A DNA stretch of 62,800 nt, the filler included, from Octopus bimaculoides (lineage: Eukaryota): NCBI RefSeq assembly GCF_001194135.2. It is 5 parts of 5 records of this genome, joined end to end, with 100 filler letters (N's around TTAATTAATTAA, not from the genome) between each part and the next. Parts side by side here need not be neighbours in the genome. Positions count along the whole stretch, not along the records: positions 39,997 to 51,398 come from NC_068988.1; positions 51,499 to 61,486 come from NC_068992.1; positions 61,587 to 62,800 come from NW_026399498.1; 2 more parts are not named here. One strand, written 5' to 3'. Positions 51,296 through 62,800 of this stretch are shown in pieces (within the stretch, counting starts at the first letter, position 1; each line of letters starts with the position of its first letter). The notes beneath the pieces are model-generated. The model saw only the letters and a list, made by a program, of their open reading frames with translations. It did not search any database and was not told where the DNA came from. The position numbers and the translations under genes were made by a program.

Positions 51296-54200
51296 GAGAG
51301 ATGCGCTGTAACAGCAAGTTGCTGCATCCACGATTGACAAATGGTGGAGATTTCTTCCTTCTGGCGGATGACACCTCTGTACTGCTTAGGCAACAACCNN
51401 NNNNNNNNNNNNNNNNNNNNNNNNNNNNNNNNNNNNNNNNNNTTAATTAATTAANNNNNNNNNNNNNNNNNNNNNNNNNNNNNNNNNNNNNNNNNNNNCA
51501 TATATATATGTAAATATATCGTGTTTGTATGATTGTGTCCGTAAGTGTGTTTGTTTCTATGGTTACACCTATACGGAGATATCGTTTGTAGATGGTGAAT
51601 GGCTCAAATACTCTCGCATTCTATAGAAATCTGACAATGAGCCAAAACGATTGTAAAAACAGTCAGTCCAATAACATTCAATATATCAATTTTCGATTGG
51701 TTATGGTATGATTTTTAGAAGCTATATTTTCAAAGTAATGGCTATATTTCACTGAAATTATGAATATCCATACATAATAATCAAATATAATAGAATCCAT
51801 GCATATCTACATTTGCTCACAGCTCCATACACACACATGTTAACATACCCGCACGCGCACGCGCAGTGTGCGTGTGATGTATGCGTGTGCGTGCGCGTGT
51901 GTGAGAGAGTAGCTTTGAGCGAATGTATATACGCATGGATTCTGAGGAATTTCAACCATGTTTCGTGGTCTGCTACCACAACAGCTCCTTTATAGTATCC
52001 AGTTAGCTCAAGACATCATCAGGAGGAACCACGTCCGGTTTCGGCCCCTACTCCTCTACCGTTTTGACGTGGCAGGGCCACCCCCTTTCGGAGGTGTCTT
52101 AAGCTCTGGTGTTGGGTGCATGTCTTTTTTCATTGTTTGTGACTGTTCTGATTCAACTGTGGAATGTCCCTCGCTATGGTTATTTTCCGGACGGTTCTGA
52201 CCACACGTCTTACGGTTCATCAACCCGCGTTGTTGAATTACTTTCTTCTGACATATCTTCCCTTGGTGGATTAGGATCGAGTTAGCTCAAGACATCATCA
52301 GGAGGAACCACGTCCGGTTTCGGCCCCTACTNNNNNNNNNNGTGGATTAGGATCGAGTTAGCTCAAGACATCATCAGGAGGAACCACGTCCGGTTTCGGC
52401 CCCTACTCCTCTACCGTTTTTACGTGGCGGGGCCCCACCTTTCGGAGGTGTCTTCAGCTCTGGTGTTGGGTGTATGTCTTCTTTCTTCTATTCCCTGGCC
52501 TCTTCGATGCAGCATCAACGAGTGTCAGCGTCCGATTGATCGTCATATTTGATTATTATGTAATGATATTCATAGTTTCAGTGAAATAAATCTATGATTT
52601 TGCAAACACACCTTCTTAAATCATACCACAACCAATGGAAAATTGATATCTTTAATGTTATTGCACTGATTGATTTTGACATTCGTTTTGGAAAAAATGA
52701 CCTCGAAGAAAATTATCTGACGTTGATCACCATTGAATCTGAGAAGTGATTATGTCTATGCTCTGGTTGCATTTTGCCATATGATACCCGTCGTATCTGC
52801 TCTTGCAGATATACATTTAAATGACCCGAAAGTAATTACTGTTAAGAATACCACAAACGAGGTTAATGAACCATGTTTAAAGCTTAGAAATACGAAGAGC
52901 AGCTGCAGTAACAGAGAGAGCAGCGAGTTTCTTGCTTTCTGTTCTGACACTTTCTGAATAATCAACTAATATTTCAAGTGTATTAGCACAAACATATATG
53001 TACATACACGTTCAGAACTCTCTTACACATGACACACACACACACACAAACACACACATTCATAGTCGCAATGATGATATTTAAACCTCCTTTAGAGATA
53101 TTTATCCAAGATACGCTGGTTTAATATATTAAATATTGAAGAGATAATTCTTCAATGAACGTATTATATAGAATATCCCAAAAACTCAAACATTTTTATC
53201 AAGTTGAAAAACAAAGAGATTTAATGGATACAGATTAATTTATTATTTAATCAACATATTCACCAACAATTGTTTCGCTTCACAAAGAAAATAAGAATCC
53301 CCAATCATATATAAATATTAAATTTTGTATTTTAGATACCTTGTATGGAAAATCACCATTGTGTGCACAGAACAATAGAGATTATATTAGGATACATAGA
53401 ATATACAGACATGTTTATTATGTGTGCATGTACACGTATGTATACGGATATATCCGTAACAGTTTACAAGTACACGTGTTTCTCATGGGAAATAAATATA
53501 TTGGTAGATACGATTTTTAGTAGTAAACAGCCTAAGGCATCAACCAATAACTTTCATAGGCGCATTAATATATTTATTTGCGCATTGACTATTCCAATCT
53601 CAAACACTGGACTTGAAATTTATTCTTTATACAAGTGGACTAAATACTTCAACAAACCTTAATTAATGAATACCTTCACGTTCATGGAAACTGTCAAAAG
53701 GCATTTGATTAAAAGTAAACACGAAAATCCCCGCCACATACACACGCACTCGGTCTATAGCATACAGCGATGCTTTCCTGTTTTAATTTGAGCTTCACAC
53801 AGGTCAATATATTTGTAATTGAACAAGAATATTTTAAGAACAGTGCTGGAGAATTTATTATCCGCCAAGACATACCGGTCAGGCCGTTTAAGTGATCTAA
53901 AACTCTATCGGCAGAAATGATTAACTGTTATGATGCGTTGCAGAGTGAGGAGGTGGACGAGTCTATGGTTTACAACACAGCTTCTCTACGCAGCTCATCT
54001 CATTTCATGACTATAGTGTTGTGCAGCTCAGCCTATGCAACAAAGGCAACTGGAAAGCATTCAAAAGTTAAGTTTTCATAGGCAACGTTAATATAAAAGC
54101 TATATATATTATTCCGGCGTTCAATATTTGGAACAGAATTTGTCATTTCCTTTTATATTTCATTCTCACCAGATGTCCACCTCACCTCAAACTACTGCGT

Positions 54201-54457
54201 AGAATGACCGATTCCACACTAATACTGCAATTTCTTTCAAGTAGATATACATCGCAGATCGCCATTCTCTAATTTATCCCAAGAATTTTCCTGAGACAAT
54301 ATTGATGTAATAGTTCCAGTTGCCTCAAATGCTTACGATAAACAACCCACTGCTCATGTCCCTAGGGCAATGATAGCTGAACACATGTGCTATATGCTCT
54401 AACTTTAGTTGGCATAGATACACTGTACACATACATTTTTACACACACACATACATG

Positions 54458-54507
<50 letters not shown>

Positions 54508-55540
54508 CATACAAATATATATATATATTTGTGCACTCTTACATAAGCCCACCCACAGACATGCACACGCACATACATGCATACACAGACACGCAATACT
54601 GTATATGTGATGAGGAAATCGAATTCACAATGTAGTTACCCCTCCAACGGTATCAATGCTTTGTTCCCGATGGCAGTGTACCACAAGTGGTGACCTCTGC
54701 CCACGTGGACACTGGAATTCCGCGTTACGTATAAATAATCTTTAATCAGTGTTTTGTCCTTAATCGTGCACGGTGACTCGAATACAAGCTATTCTTTACT
54801 TACTAACATATTTAAACGTTTATGTATGTACGCCTGCCTCTCTCTTTCTTTGTCTGTCTGCCTGTCTGTATGAGTGGCGCGCGCGCCCGCGTGTGGTATG
54901 TAAATATTGTGGACTCATCGTTAAATGACGCAAGAGGGTTCGGCAATGTGTTGCTGAACAACCACACAGATGATTTGTTTATAGTGATCAAATGTTTGTG
55001 GTTGCATAAACTCACTCCCTCCCTCAAATCGACGTTAATTGTACAAATACACGACATGTCACATATCAGATGACCAAATGATCGCAGAGTAATGTGAAAT
55101 GAAGTGTTTTGCTCAAGAGCACAACACAACGAACGGTCGAGCGTTTCTGTATATGTGTGTGCGTTTGTGTGTATGTGTGTGTGTGTTTGTGTCTATTAAA
55201 TCACGCATCCATTCCTAAAACATCCAAGAAATATATCCAGAAGTAATGGTGTCTGATTTGCGAATTTCTTGCCCTTATATTTTCTCCTTGCTCCAACTCA
55301 CTCGTGGCGTTCATGCTTTTCTGTCATTTACACAATAGACTTAAGATGTGTCACATGCTTTCCTCTGATCGTCTGAATAAATGCCTGTGCGAGAAACTAC
55401 GAAGTCATGTTCAATACAATTACAATTAGTATTAGAAACTAAACACTTATTTTGTTATTTCCTCAGTAAATATTAGTTTTATGCTTTTAATAGTAGAGAT
55501 TTTTAGCTCCAATTCGTGTATTGACTAGTTTAATAGCACA

Positions 55541-55588
<48 letters not shown>

Positions 55589-56419
55589 CTGTAATCAGCT
55601 AACATGTAAGTATGCAAAAGGACAACAATGAGACGGGAGATAATTATGACTGATTGAATAAATAAATCTAGGTCACCACGAACATAGGCAATGCAGAAAA
55701 TAGTTTTTAACATTCGTCAATTTTTCAGTCGATGTACCGCAATATGATGTCTGAGAAACTCATATTCCTTGCTAGTAACAGGCATTTCCCTCATTTCACT
55801 AATCAATGGATAACATTGATGGTATTTAAGCCATCTCTCAAATCATTCCGCGTGCAATAATAAATATTGTGTGCGGATTCATGTCTATGTTTCGTTTCCA
55901 TCATTGCTAATCCAATCCTATCACAAAAAAACACCACAGTTATTTTTGATTTCACAACACATTAAAGAAAATACGAAAAATTATTGTTTCAAAATTAACA
56001 TCGATTTTGTGATACTTTTGCTTCACCATCTGACTAAACGGTGATTCACAGCATTTATGACGATGACAAACAGACTCTGTTTCCTGAGAACAAATACTAG
56101 AGAGTATTTGTGCATCAAAGCACCCCAGCTTTATCATGTGTGTGTGATTTTTGTGTATTTGTGTGTTTTTCCAATCATTTATTGTTTCGCTTATGTATTT
56201 CAATAAACGATATTAACACACATATATATACACCTACAAACAGTTTTCATACGTTGCACATTGTAACAATATTTATTTTATATATTTTATTTATTTGCAT
56301 ATATTTATGTTCTTAATTAATGTTAAATATAGTTTACTTAAAGAAAGATTATTGGTAAACAATTGTCTCTACAACCTACAAACTTACATTGACCTACATG
56401 TTTCCACATATACACACAC

Positions 56420-56457
56420 CTTCGCATGAGTTCATATCTGTCAAATTCTGGGATAAA
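56420..56457 (-). other. Candidate exon (38 nt, phase 0-2): FIPEFDRYELMR
   Basis: ttattgtcttttaattcAG|TTTATC...CGAAG|GTgtgt; splice signals only, separated by three scaffold joins. Confidence 0.2.
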
Positions 56458-56833
56458 CTGAATTAAAAGACAATAAGAATCCTTATCGCTTTTTGGTTGC
56501 AATACATCCAAAATGATATTGAACACCAGTAGTTCTGTTAATCGTAAGGCGTACAGATATCATTCATGTCACGCAAACGTGCCATTCAACGGGTCTTAGG
56601 ATAATTAATTATAATAACCTTATTAATTTGCTATAATGAACAAAATCTAAGCCGATAGCATCTATTTTCTATTTGAATCTGATATGATTTATCGCACAGA
56701 AAAGTTTCGATACACAAAAGACATCCAAGCAATAAAATTACTACATACGCAACTATCTACTTATACATATATACACATTCGGACAGACTGACTGGCGGAC
56801 AGACAGACAGACAGACAGACACACAGACACACA

Positions 56834-56880
<47 letters not shown>

Positions 56881-58049
56881 GTATTTGACTTATAATTTGG
56901 CTAAGCCTATGTATTTGACTTATAATTTGGCTAAGCCTAAACATTTAATTCGTCTGTCTTAAAAGTTTTTTTTCTTTTTTTTTTCTGAATCTGTTATGGC
57001 GCTCTTTTGTATATTTTCAACACAAAAAAATACACAAGTGATTTTCATTGAAAATCTATTTACTATGTACATTAAATTTGTAATCATGTTTAAATAATTG
57101 AGGCTGTTTTCATGACCTGTGGTACAATCATTAATTTTTCAAGTGATATTAATGATAATATTCAACGTTGCCTGGTAATTGTTAAAAAGGAAACCATTGT
57201 GAAGGTAATATTATAATGATGATGATGATGATATTAATAAGCATTAATGGTAATGATAATTGTGAACATGGCAATGATTTTGATGAGGCCGCAGTTGATC
57301 AGAATTAGGGCGAAGAATTAAATGGCCATAGTTACAATGAAGAAGACTTTCGAAATAATGTTATTGGTACACTCTTCACAATCGCTCTGTATTTAATATT
57401 CGATATTTAACAATGTAGCATGAATGTTTTAATTTATGCTCCTCAATCCCTGTTAATTCAGTTCCCTCTTATATTTTGTCAATAATTACTAATATTGTTA
57501 TCGATTTTTCTCCATTTCAAGTTGTTATTAAATGATTTTTTTCCTGTGTGTCATTTTAATATATGATGTCTCTACAACCTACAATATTTAATATATGATG
57601 TAGATTTAATTGTGACTTAAACCTTTAATTTTCAATACCTTTTCTATGTGTTGTTTATTATCTGAGACAATCTGATACACAGAACATTTTTCTTACTGAT
57701 GTCATAATGCGTTAATGTATTATTGAGATTTTAAAATTAGGTATATCTGAAGACGTGCATGTACACGCACACGTACATCCACACATATATATATGCTTGT
57801 GTGTGTGTTTGTATATATATATATATACCCAGAGGGATAGGCAGAGAAATTCATGAGGACTGATGTGTGAGTGTATGTATATAGAATTTCTATAAAATAT
57901 ATCCATTGAAGTGCCCCAGCCGACGGAGCTCATTAGTCCTTACTCTGTTATTTCCCACGGATCATTTCTCTCCTTCTGTCTTTCAATTACCTGCTTGTCC
58001 TCACATCTAACTACACTAACTCATGTGTATATGTTGCAAAACTTTGTTG

Positions 58050-58690
58050 CTCTCTAACAATCCCGAACTAGGCATCATTCACACGCAGTCTTTACACCTC
58101 AAGCCAAGCCTGCATTTATTCCATAAACGGAGAAATTAAGAGCACCCTCCAGTGGGGTCTTATAAGAATTGCCTCATTTAATAGCGTAAACAATTAAGCC
58201 CCACTCATATAAGAAAAACGTTACTGCAATATACGAGTCTTAATAGTTGCTCAGAAATACTATACGCGAATATCATCGAGAATCTCTTCTAGCGAAAGCG
58301 AATCCTGGCCCATGTCTTCGGGTCAAGCAGGTATTTCATCTCCAGCAGTTGCTGCCGCTCATAAAAACTGAAGTAAATGACACATTTGAACCAATATCTA
58401 CTTCACTGATCTCCAGGATCGCATCCAGAGAAGGGCCACGCCATTGGTTACCCCTCCGTCACTAATGGATACATAATTCTCGCTTATGCACTTGCTATCG
58501 CCTGTCTTTGGCCACCATTGTAGCCACTGCTGCTACATACTGGCTGATTTTGTTCGTCAATTACTCAGCCCTTCACTCTGTCCCACTCTTCTCTCCAGAT
58601 ATAGCCACCTTTTGTGCGTCGAAATGTCTTTTCTCGTCAGTAAACTTCAACCCAGAATATTGTTTATCTGGTGTCCATTCCTAGTTTATA
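58050..58690 (+). mobile_element. Degenerate CR1-group LINE ORF2 C-terminus
   Basis: KANPGPCLRVKQVFHLQQLLPLIK, DLQDRIQRRATPLV, FGHHCS, SRYSHLLCVEM resemble CR1-type post-RT motifs. Confidence 0.6.
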
Positions 58691-58708
58691 TCCTTCCAGC
58701 AGGAAATA

Positions 58709-58749
<41 letters not shown>

Positions 58750-59697
58750 NNNNNNNNNNNNNNNNNNNNNNNNNNNNNNNNNNNNNNNNNNNNNNNNNNN
58801 NNNNNNNNNNNNNNNNNNNNNNNNNNNNNNNNNNNNNNNNNNNNNNNNNNNNNNNNNNNNNNNNNNNNNNNNNNNNNNNNNNNNNNNNNNNNNNNNNNNN
58901 NNNNNNNNNNNNNNNNNNNNNNNNNNNNNNNNNNNNNNNNNNNNNNNNNNNNNNNNNNNNNNNNNNNNNNNNNNNNNNNNNNNNNNNNNNNNNNNNNNNN
59001 NNNNNNNNNNNATATATATATATATATATACATATATATATAAGTGTGTGTGTGTGCGTGTGGATGGATGTTTATTGAAGTATTACATTTATGTTACCAT
59101 TGAACACTGTCACTCAATTTTATTGGCGTTTGATGTTTCGTAAATAAATATAAAGAAATAACTGCTACATTCATGAGTACAGGTGTTTTACAAAAGAAAA
59201 CTTTCTTCAAACTGGATTATGTGCTGATGTGTCATCTTTTGAAATTCAATCAGCATGATCGTTCATTGAACACTCGCGCGCAAACATACATTATTTAAAA
59301 TAATTTAAACAGACAAAACATCCAATACAACATGGTTATTAGGGATGTATGATTGTCTTTCGATATATTTAGAATATTCCTTGAAATAGGGCAACATTTA
59401 ACCCTCATCGGTGATAATAAGCGTTATCGTGTATCTTCATTGCTGTCAAAAGTGCAATCGTTTCTTTATATTAATCCAAATTAAAATTATTCTTCATGTC
59501 CTTAAACATAAAATACTCTTTTTCTCTCTCACTCTCTCTCACTCTCACACACACACATACACACGCAACATGCATATGCATGTGTGTATGTGTGAGCGTG
59601 TGTGTGTTTGTGTCTCTGTGCATATCTGAAACATACATGTAGGACGTAATTCATTCTCGCATTTGTTTGTAAAAGACATTTTCACAATCCATCGCAA

Positions 59698-60050
59698 TAG
59701 GCGTAGCTCTGTAGTAAGACGTGTACTTCGAAACCACATGGTTCTGTTGCGTGTCTCATAAGATAAATATCTACTACTATAGCGTCGTACCGACGAAAGC
59801 CATGTGAGCGGATGTGGTCGACGGAAACTGAAAGGAGACTATCGTGTGTGTGTATCTGCCTGTTTGTCTTTTTGTGCGTTTATCCGGCACCAGCACTTTA
59901 CAACCGCTATCGGTATGTTTAGGAGCTCGGAACATAGCAGTTTGGGAAAGAAAGACTATTAGAATATGTATTGGAACACATTCATTCGACTGAAATTCTG
60001 AAAGGTGGTGCCCCAGCATGGCAGCTGGTGCTCCAGCATGGTCGACTGAA
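59698..60050 (+). mobile_element. Degenerate family A SINE
   Basis: Recognisable head, ggaaactgaaagg core and tail. Confidence 0.55.
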
Positions 60051-61419
60051 ACAATTTATAGAGATATGACATTGACTCAAAATACATTGTTTTGTGGAAT
60101 GATATTTATATAGGGACACACAGACATGCATTATCATAGGCACCATCACATACATAGAGATGGCCGTTTGTACAGCGGTGCATAGAAAACTAATACATAT
60201 GCATCTATACAGAGCGATGGAGACAGAGAGGAGGAGAGAGAAGGATGGAGAGAACGATTAATTATGAGAATAAATACTTGCCAATTATGAAATATTTGTA
60301 TGAACAGATCGATTAGCCTGGGGCTCAGTATATAACAGGCTTGCAGCTACACTTTCAAATAAAGTCCGTACGTGTTTATGCGTGCACGTATATACATACA
60401 TGCATATGTGTGTGTCTGTATGTATATACTTACGTACATACAATAATAATAAAACTGACACTAACATATGCACACACACATAAATAAAATTTAATTTCAA
60501 TTTTAATTATATTTTACAATATTTGTCACTAAAATGATCGACATTCTATTAACATATTACAGCTATTTCATTGACGTATAAATCAATTTTCGATGACGAC
60601 CCCTGATATGATCGATATCGTGTCAACTAGTCATGCATGTTGTTACATTCATTTTTTCTCTTTTATATTGATAATACTTGTGTTTTTATCCTGAAAAATA
60701 AAGGTGCCCCTATGTACACGATGGATTTTTGCTTCGTTTATAATTATTAAAACTGATCTATAAACCAAATGTGTCTCGATTTTTCATCTAATCCTTTTCT
60801 TCCTGATAAATTTTGGTTACAAATATCTGTTTACATGGCTTTGAATGCTAGGATCACTTAAATCAAGGTAAGTATTTTTTTAAGTCTATCTAAGTAAAAC
60901 TGTGAATGATATTGTTAATGTTACATAACGTTAAATAGCAGGAGTATAGTATAATTATATTCCATTTTTATATAAGTATGTGTAGGCATAGACACGCAGA
61001 ATGTATCTAAATACATATGCTTATTATATACACATGCATACATACATGCACATTTACATAGTTATCACATTCTTCGATCCCTATGATCTATGTAAAGTAG
61101 TCTTCTCCGCAAAAGTTCAGTAAGAAAGATGCAAATGTAGAGTTGATTTAGAAATCCATAAAATTTATAGCACCAGAAATGTATCTGTTTGCAAGATATT
61201 TCCAACCTCTAATCCCTCGTTTAAGTGTTTCTTCGTCGAGCGCTATTTTACCTGAAATATTGGGAACTTATACATTTTTCATGTTGACATTACTAATTTT
61301 CTGATGTTAGCCATGCTCTGGCATTAATACTTTTTGTTTCTACGCCAAAGTCCTTATAAATTAGGCTCGTCTTCACATCGCACAATACTTCAGTCTAACT
61401 ATATTTAACACACACACAT

Positions 61420-61486
<67 letters not shown>

Positions 61487-61586
61487 NNNNNNNNNNNNNN
61501 NNNNNNNNNNNNNNNNNNNNNNNNNNNNNNTTAATTAATTAANNNNNNNNNNNNNNNNNNNNNNNNNNNNNNNNNNNNNNNNNNNN

Positions 61587-62543
61587 ATCCATTGGCGTGA
61601 GGTCTGGGGAACGTGCAGGAAATTCAACGCTACCTCCCCTCTCAATCCATTTGTTTGGATTTGTTGCATCGAGGTAAGCCTGTACATCGCGATGGTAGTG
61701 AGGAGGAGCTCCATCTTGCTGGAAGTAAATCTCCTCCTCCCCAAACATCTCTTCAATTCATGGACCGACATTTTCCATCAGTAAGTTTAAGTAGACTGGG
61801 CCACTGACAGTTTGGTAAAAAAAAAAAAAAAGGTCCAACGATACCCCATGTAGACATCCCACACCACACAGTAACACCTGGCAAGTTCAGATGGTGTTCC
61901 ATAGTAAAATGTGGATTTTCACAGGCCCAGTATGTGAAATTATGTCGGTTGAATGAACCATTTAACTTGAAGGTGGCCTCATCGCTCCATAAGATTTTCT
62001 CTGGAAACGTTGCATCCTCTGCGAATTTGTTCAGATACCATCGTGCAAAATTGAACTCTCCGATCAGGATCATCTTCGTCAAGGGCTTGAATTAATGTCG
62101 GAACGTAACTTTTCCAATTAGCTCGTTTCAACATCCAATGAACACTCAATTTGGGGATTTCTATCTCATGACTCAATTGTCTTACGGATTTCTTTGGGGA
62201 TCGGGAAAGGGTTTCCATTAATTGGTTGTGTCTATTGGGGCTGGTGGCTGTTTGTGGTCTTCCACAGCGTTGCTTAGTAACGTTCTGAACAGTTCCGTAT
62301 GCTTCAAATTTATCTTTGATGCGAGCAATAATGCGTCGTGTTGGTGTTGTCTTCTGAAACTATCTATTAAATTGTCTTTGCACTTCCGTGACATTTTCGC
62401 GCTTCCAGTAGCACTTTAGTATAAACTTTTTTTCCTCAAACGTTAGTTGTGCATTTGCCATTGTGAAGGGTTGGAATAAAAAAAAAAGCAATACATTAGT
62501 AATCGTCTGTCAAAGAGTGAGTACATCTTTTGGGGACACCCTG
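61587..62543 (-). mobile_element. Tc1/mariner DD41D-type (rosa/Visitor-like) transposon, disrupted transposase, 3' end lost in gap
   Basis: ATG at 62461 (MANAQLTFEEKK...); WSDEA, QQDGAPPHY, FPARSPDLTPMD with 41 residues between D2 and D3; TIR CAGGGTGTCCCCAAAAG ends at 62543 next to TA; TAG at 62360-62362, a TGA and frameshifts. Confidence 0.9.
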
Positions 62544-62753
62544 TATATATAAAGAATATGAGGGGTTTAGTTCATTTGTGATCTAAATGAATTGGTACGC
62601 CGCTATAGTTGGTATCCGTGTATCCAGTAAGTTCCAAATTCACAGCTGAGGTTGGATCTAGGGATCCGTTATAGGGTTCCATTATTGCAGGTATATATAT
62701 TATTCTCCCACCTGTGTTCTAACTTTACTCTTTATTCTTCTATTTTATTCCTT

Positions 62754-62800
62754 ACTAGCAGTATAACCCGGCGCTGCTCGGGATTAAGCTAGGATTATTA
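62754..62800 (-). mobile_element. Probable Helitron 3' terminus; element extends beyond the window
   Basis: Minus strand: GC hairpin cccgagcagcgccggg, 8 nt, CTAG, then T. Confidence 0.55.

Noticed and set aside
52003-52060. Hammerhead (GAAACCGG and CTGATGA on the minus strand)
   Set aside because: Motifs are in the wrong arrangement and stems I and II cannot be formed.
60852-60867. Plus-strand 16-nt microexon ending CAAG|gtaagt
   Set aside because: Good donor but weak acceptor and no linked exons.

Overview
AT-rich, microsatellite-dense animal genomic DNA. The SINE families look like those of Octopus (inference from recalled consensus motifs). Four identical 100-nt joins (N44-TTAATTAATTAA-N44) split the window into five blocks, so long-range contiguity is not guaranteed. 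Almost all ORF-track entries are microsatellite, N-run or repeat artefacts. The only credible host coding sequence is a minus-strand gene fragment: a 10-nt ATG-containing microexon (11613-11622), an 87-nt exon (11449-11535) and a 78-nt exon (8576-8653). Spliced, they read METDLQDRKPVDQLSSTAAQEAFLKELSALRK/KLKQMELES..., a coiled-coil peptide I cannot name. The rest is mobile DNA: several tRNA-derived SINE families (some with TSDs, some nested or self-inserted), an RTE LINE 3' end with C2H2 fingers, Tx1-like and CR1-like LINE remnants, DD41D and maT-like Tc1/mariner relics, MITEs and a Helitron 3' end. The most striking observation is a tRNA-headed SINE whose 3' part carries a Penelope-type minimal hammerhead ribozyme fold, lying sense-oriented in an intron of the minus-strand gene.
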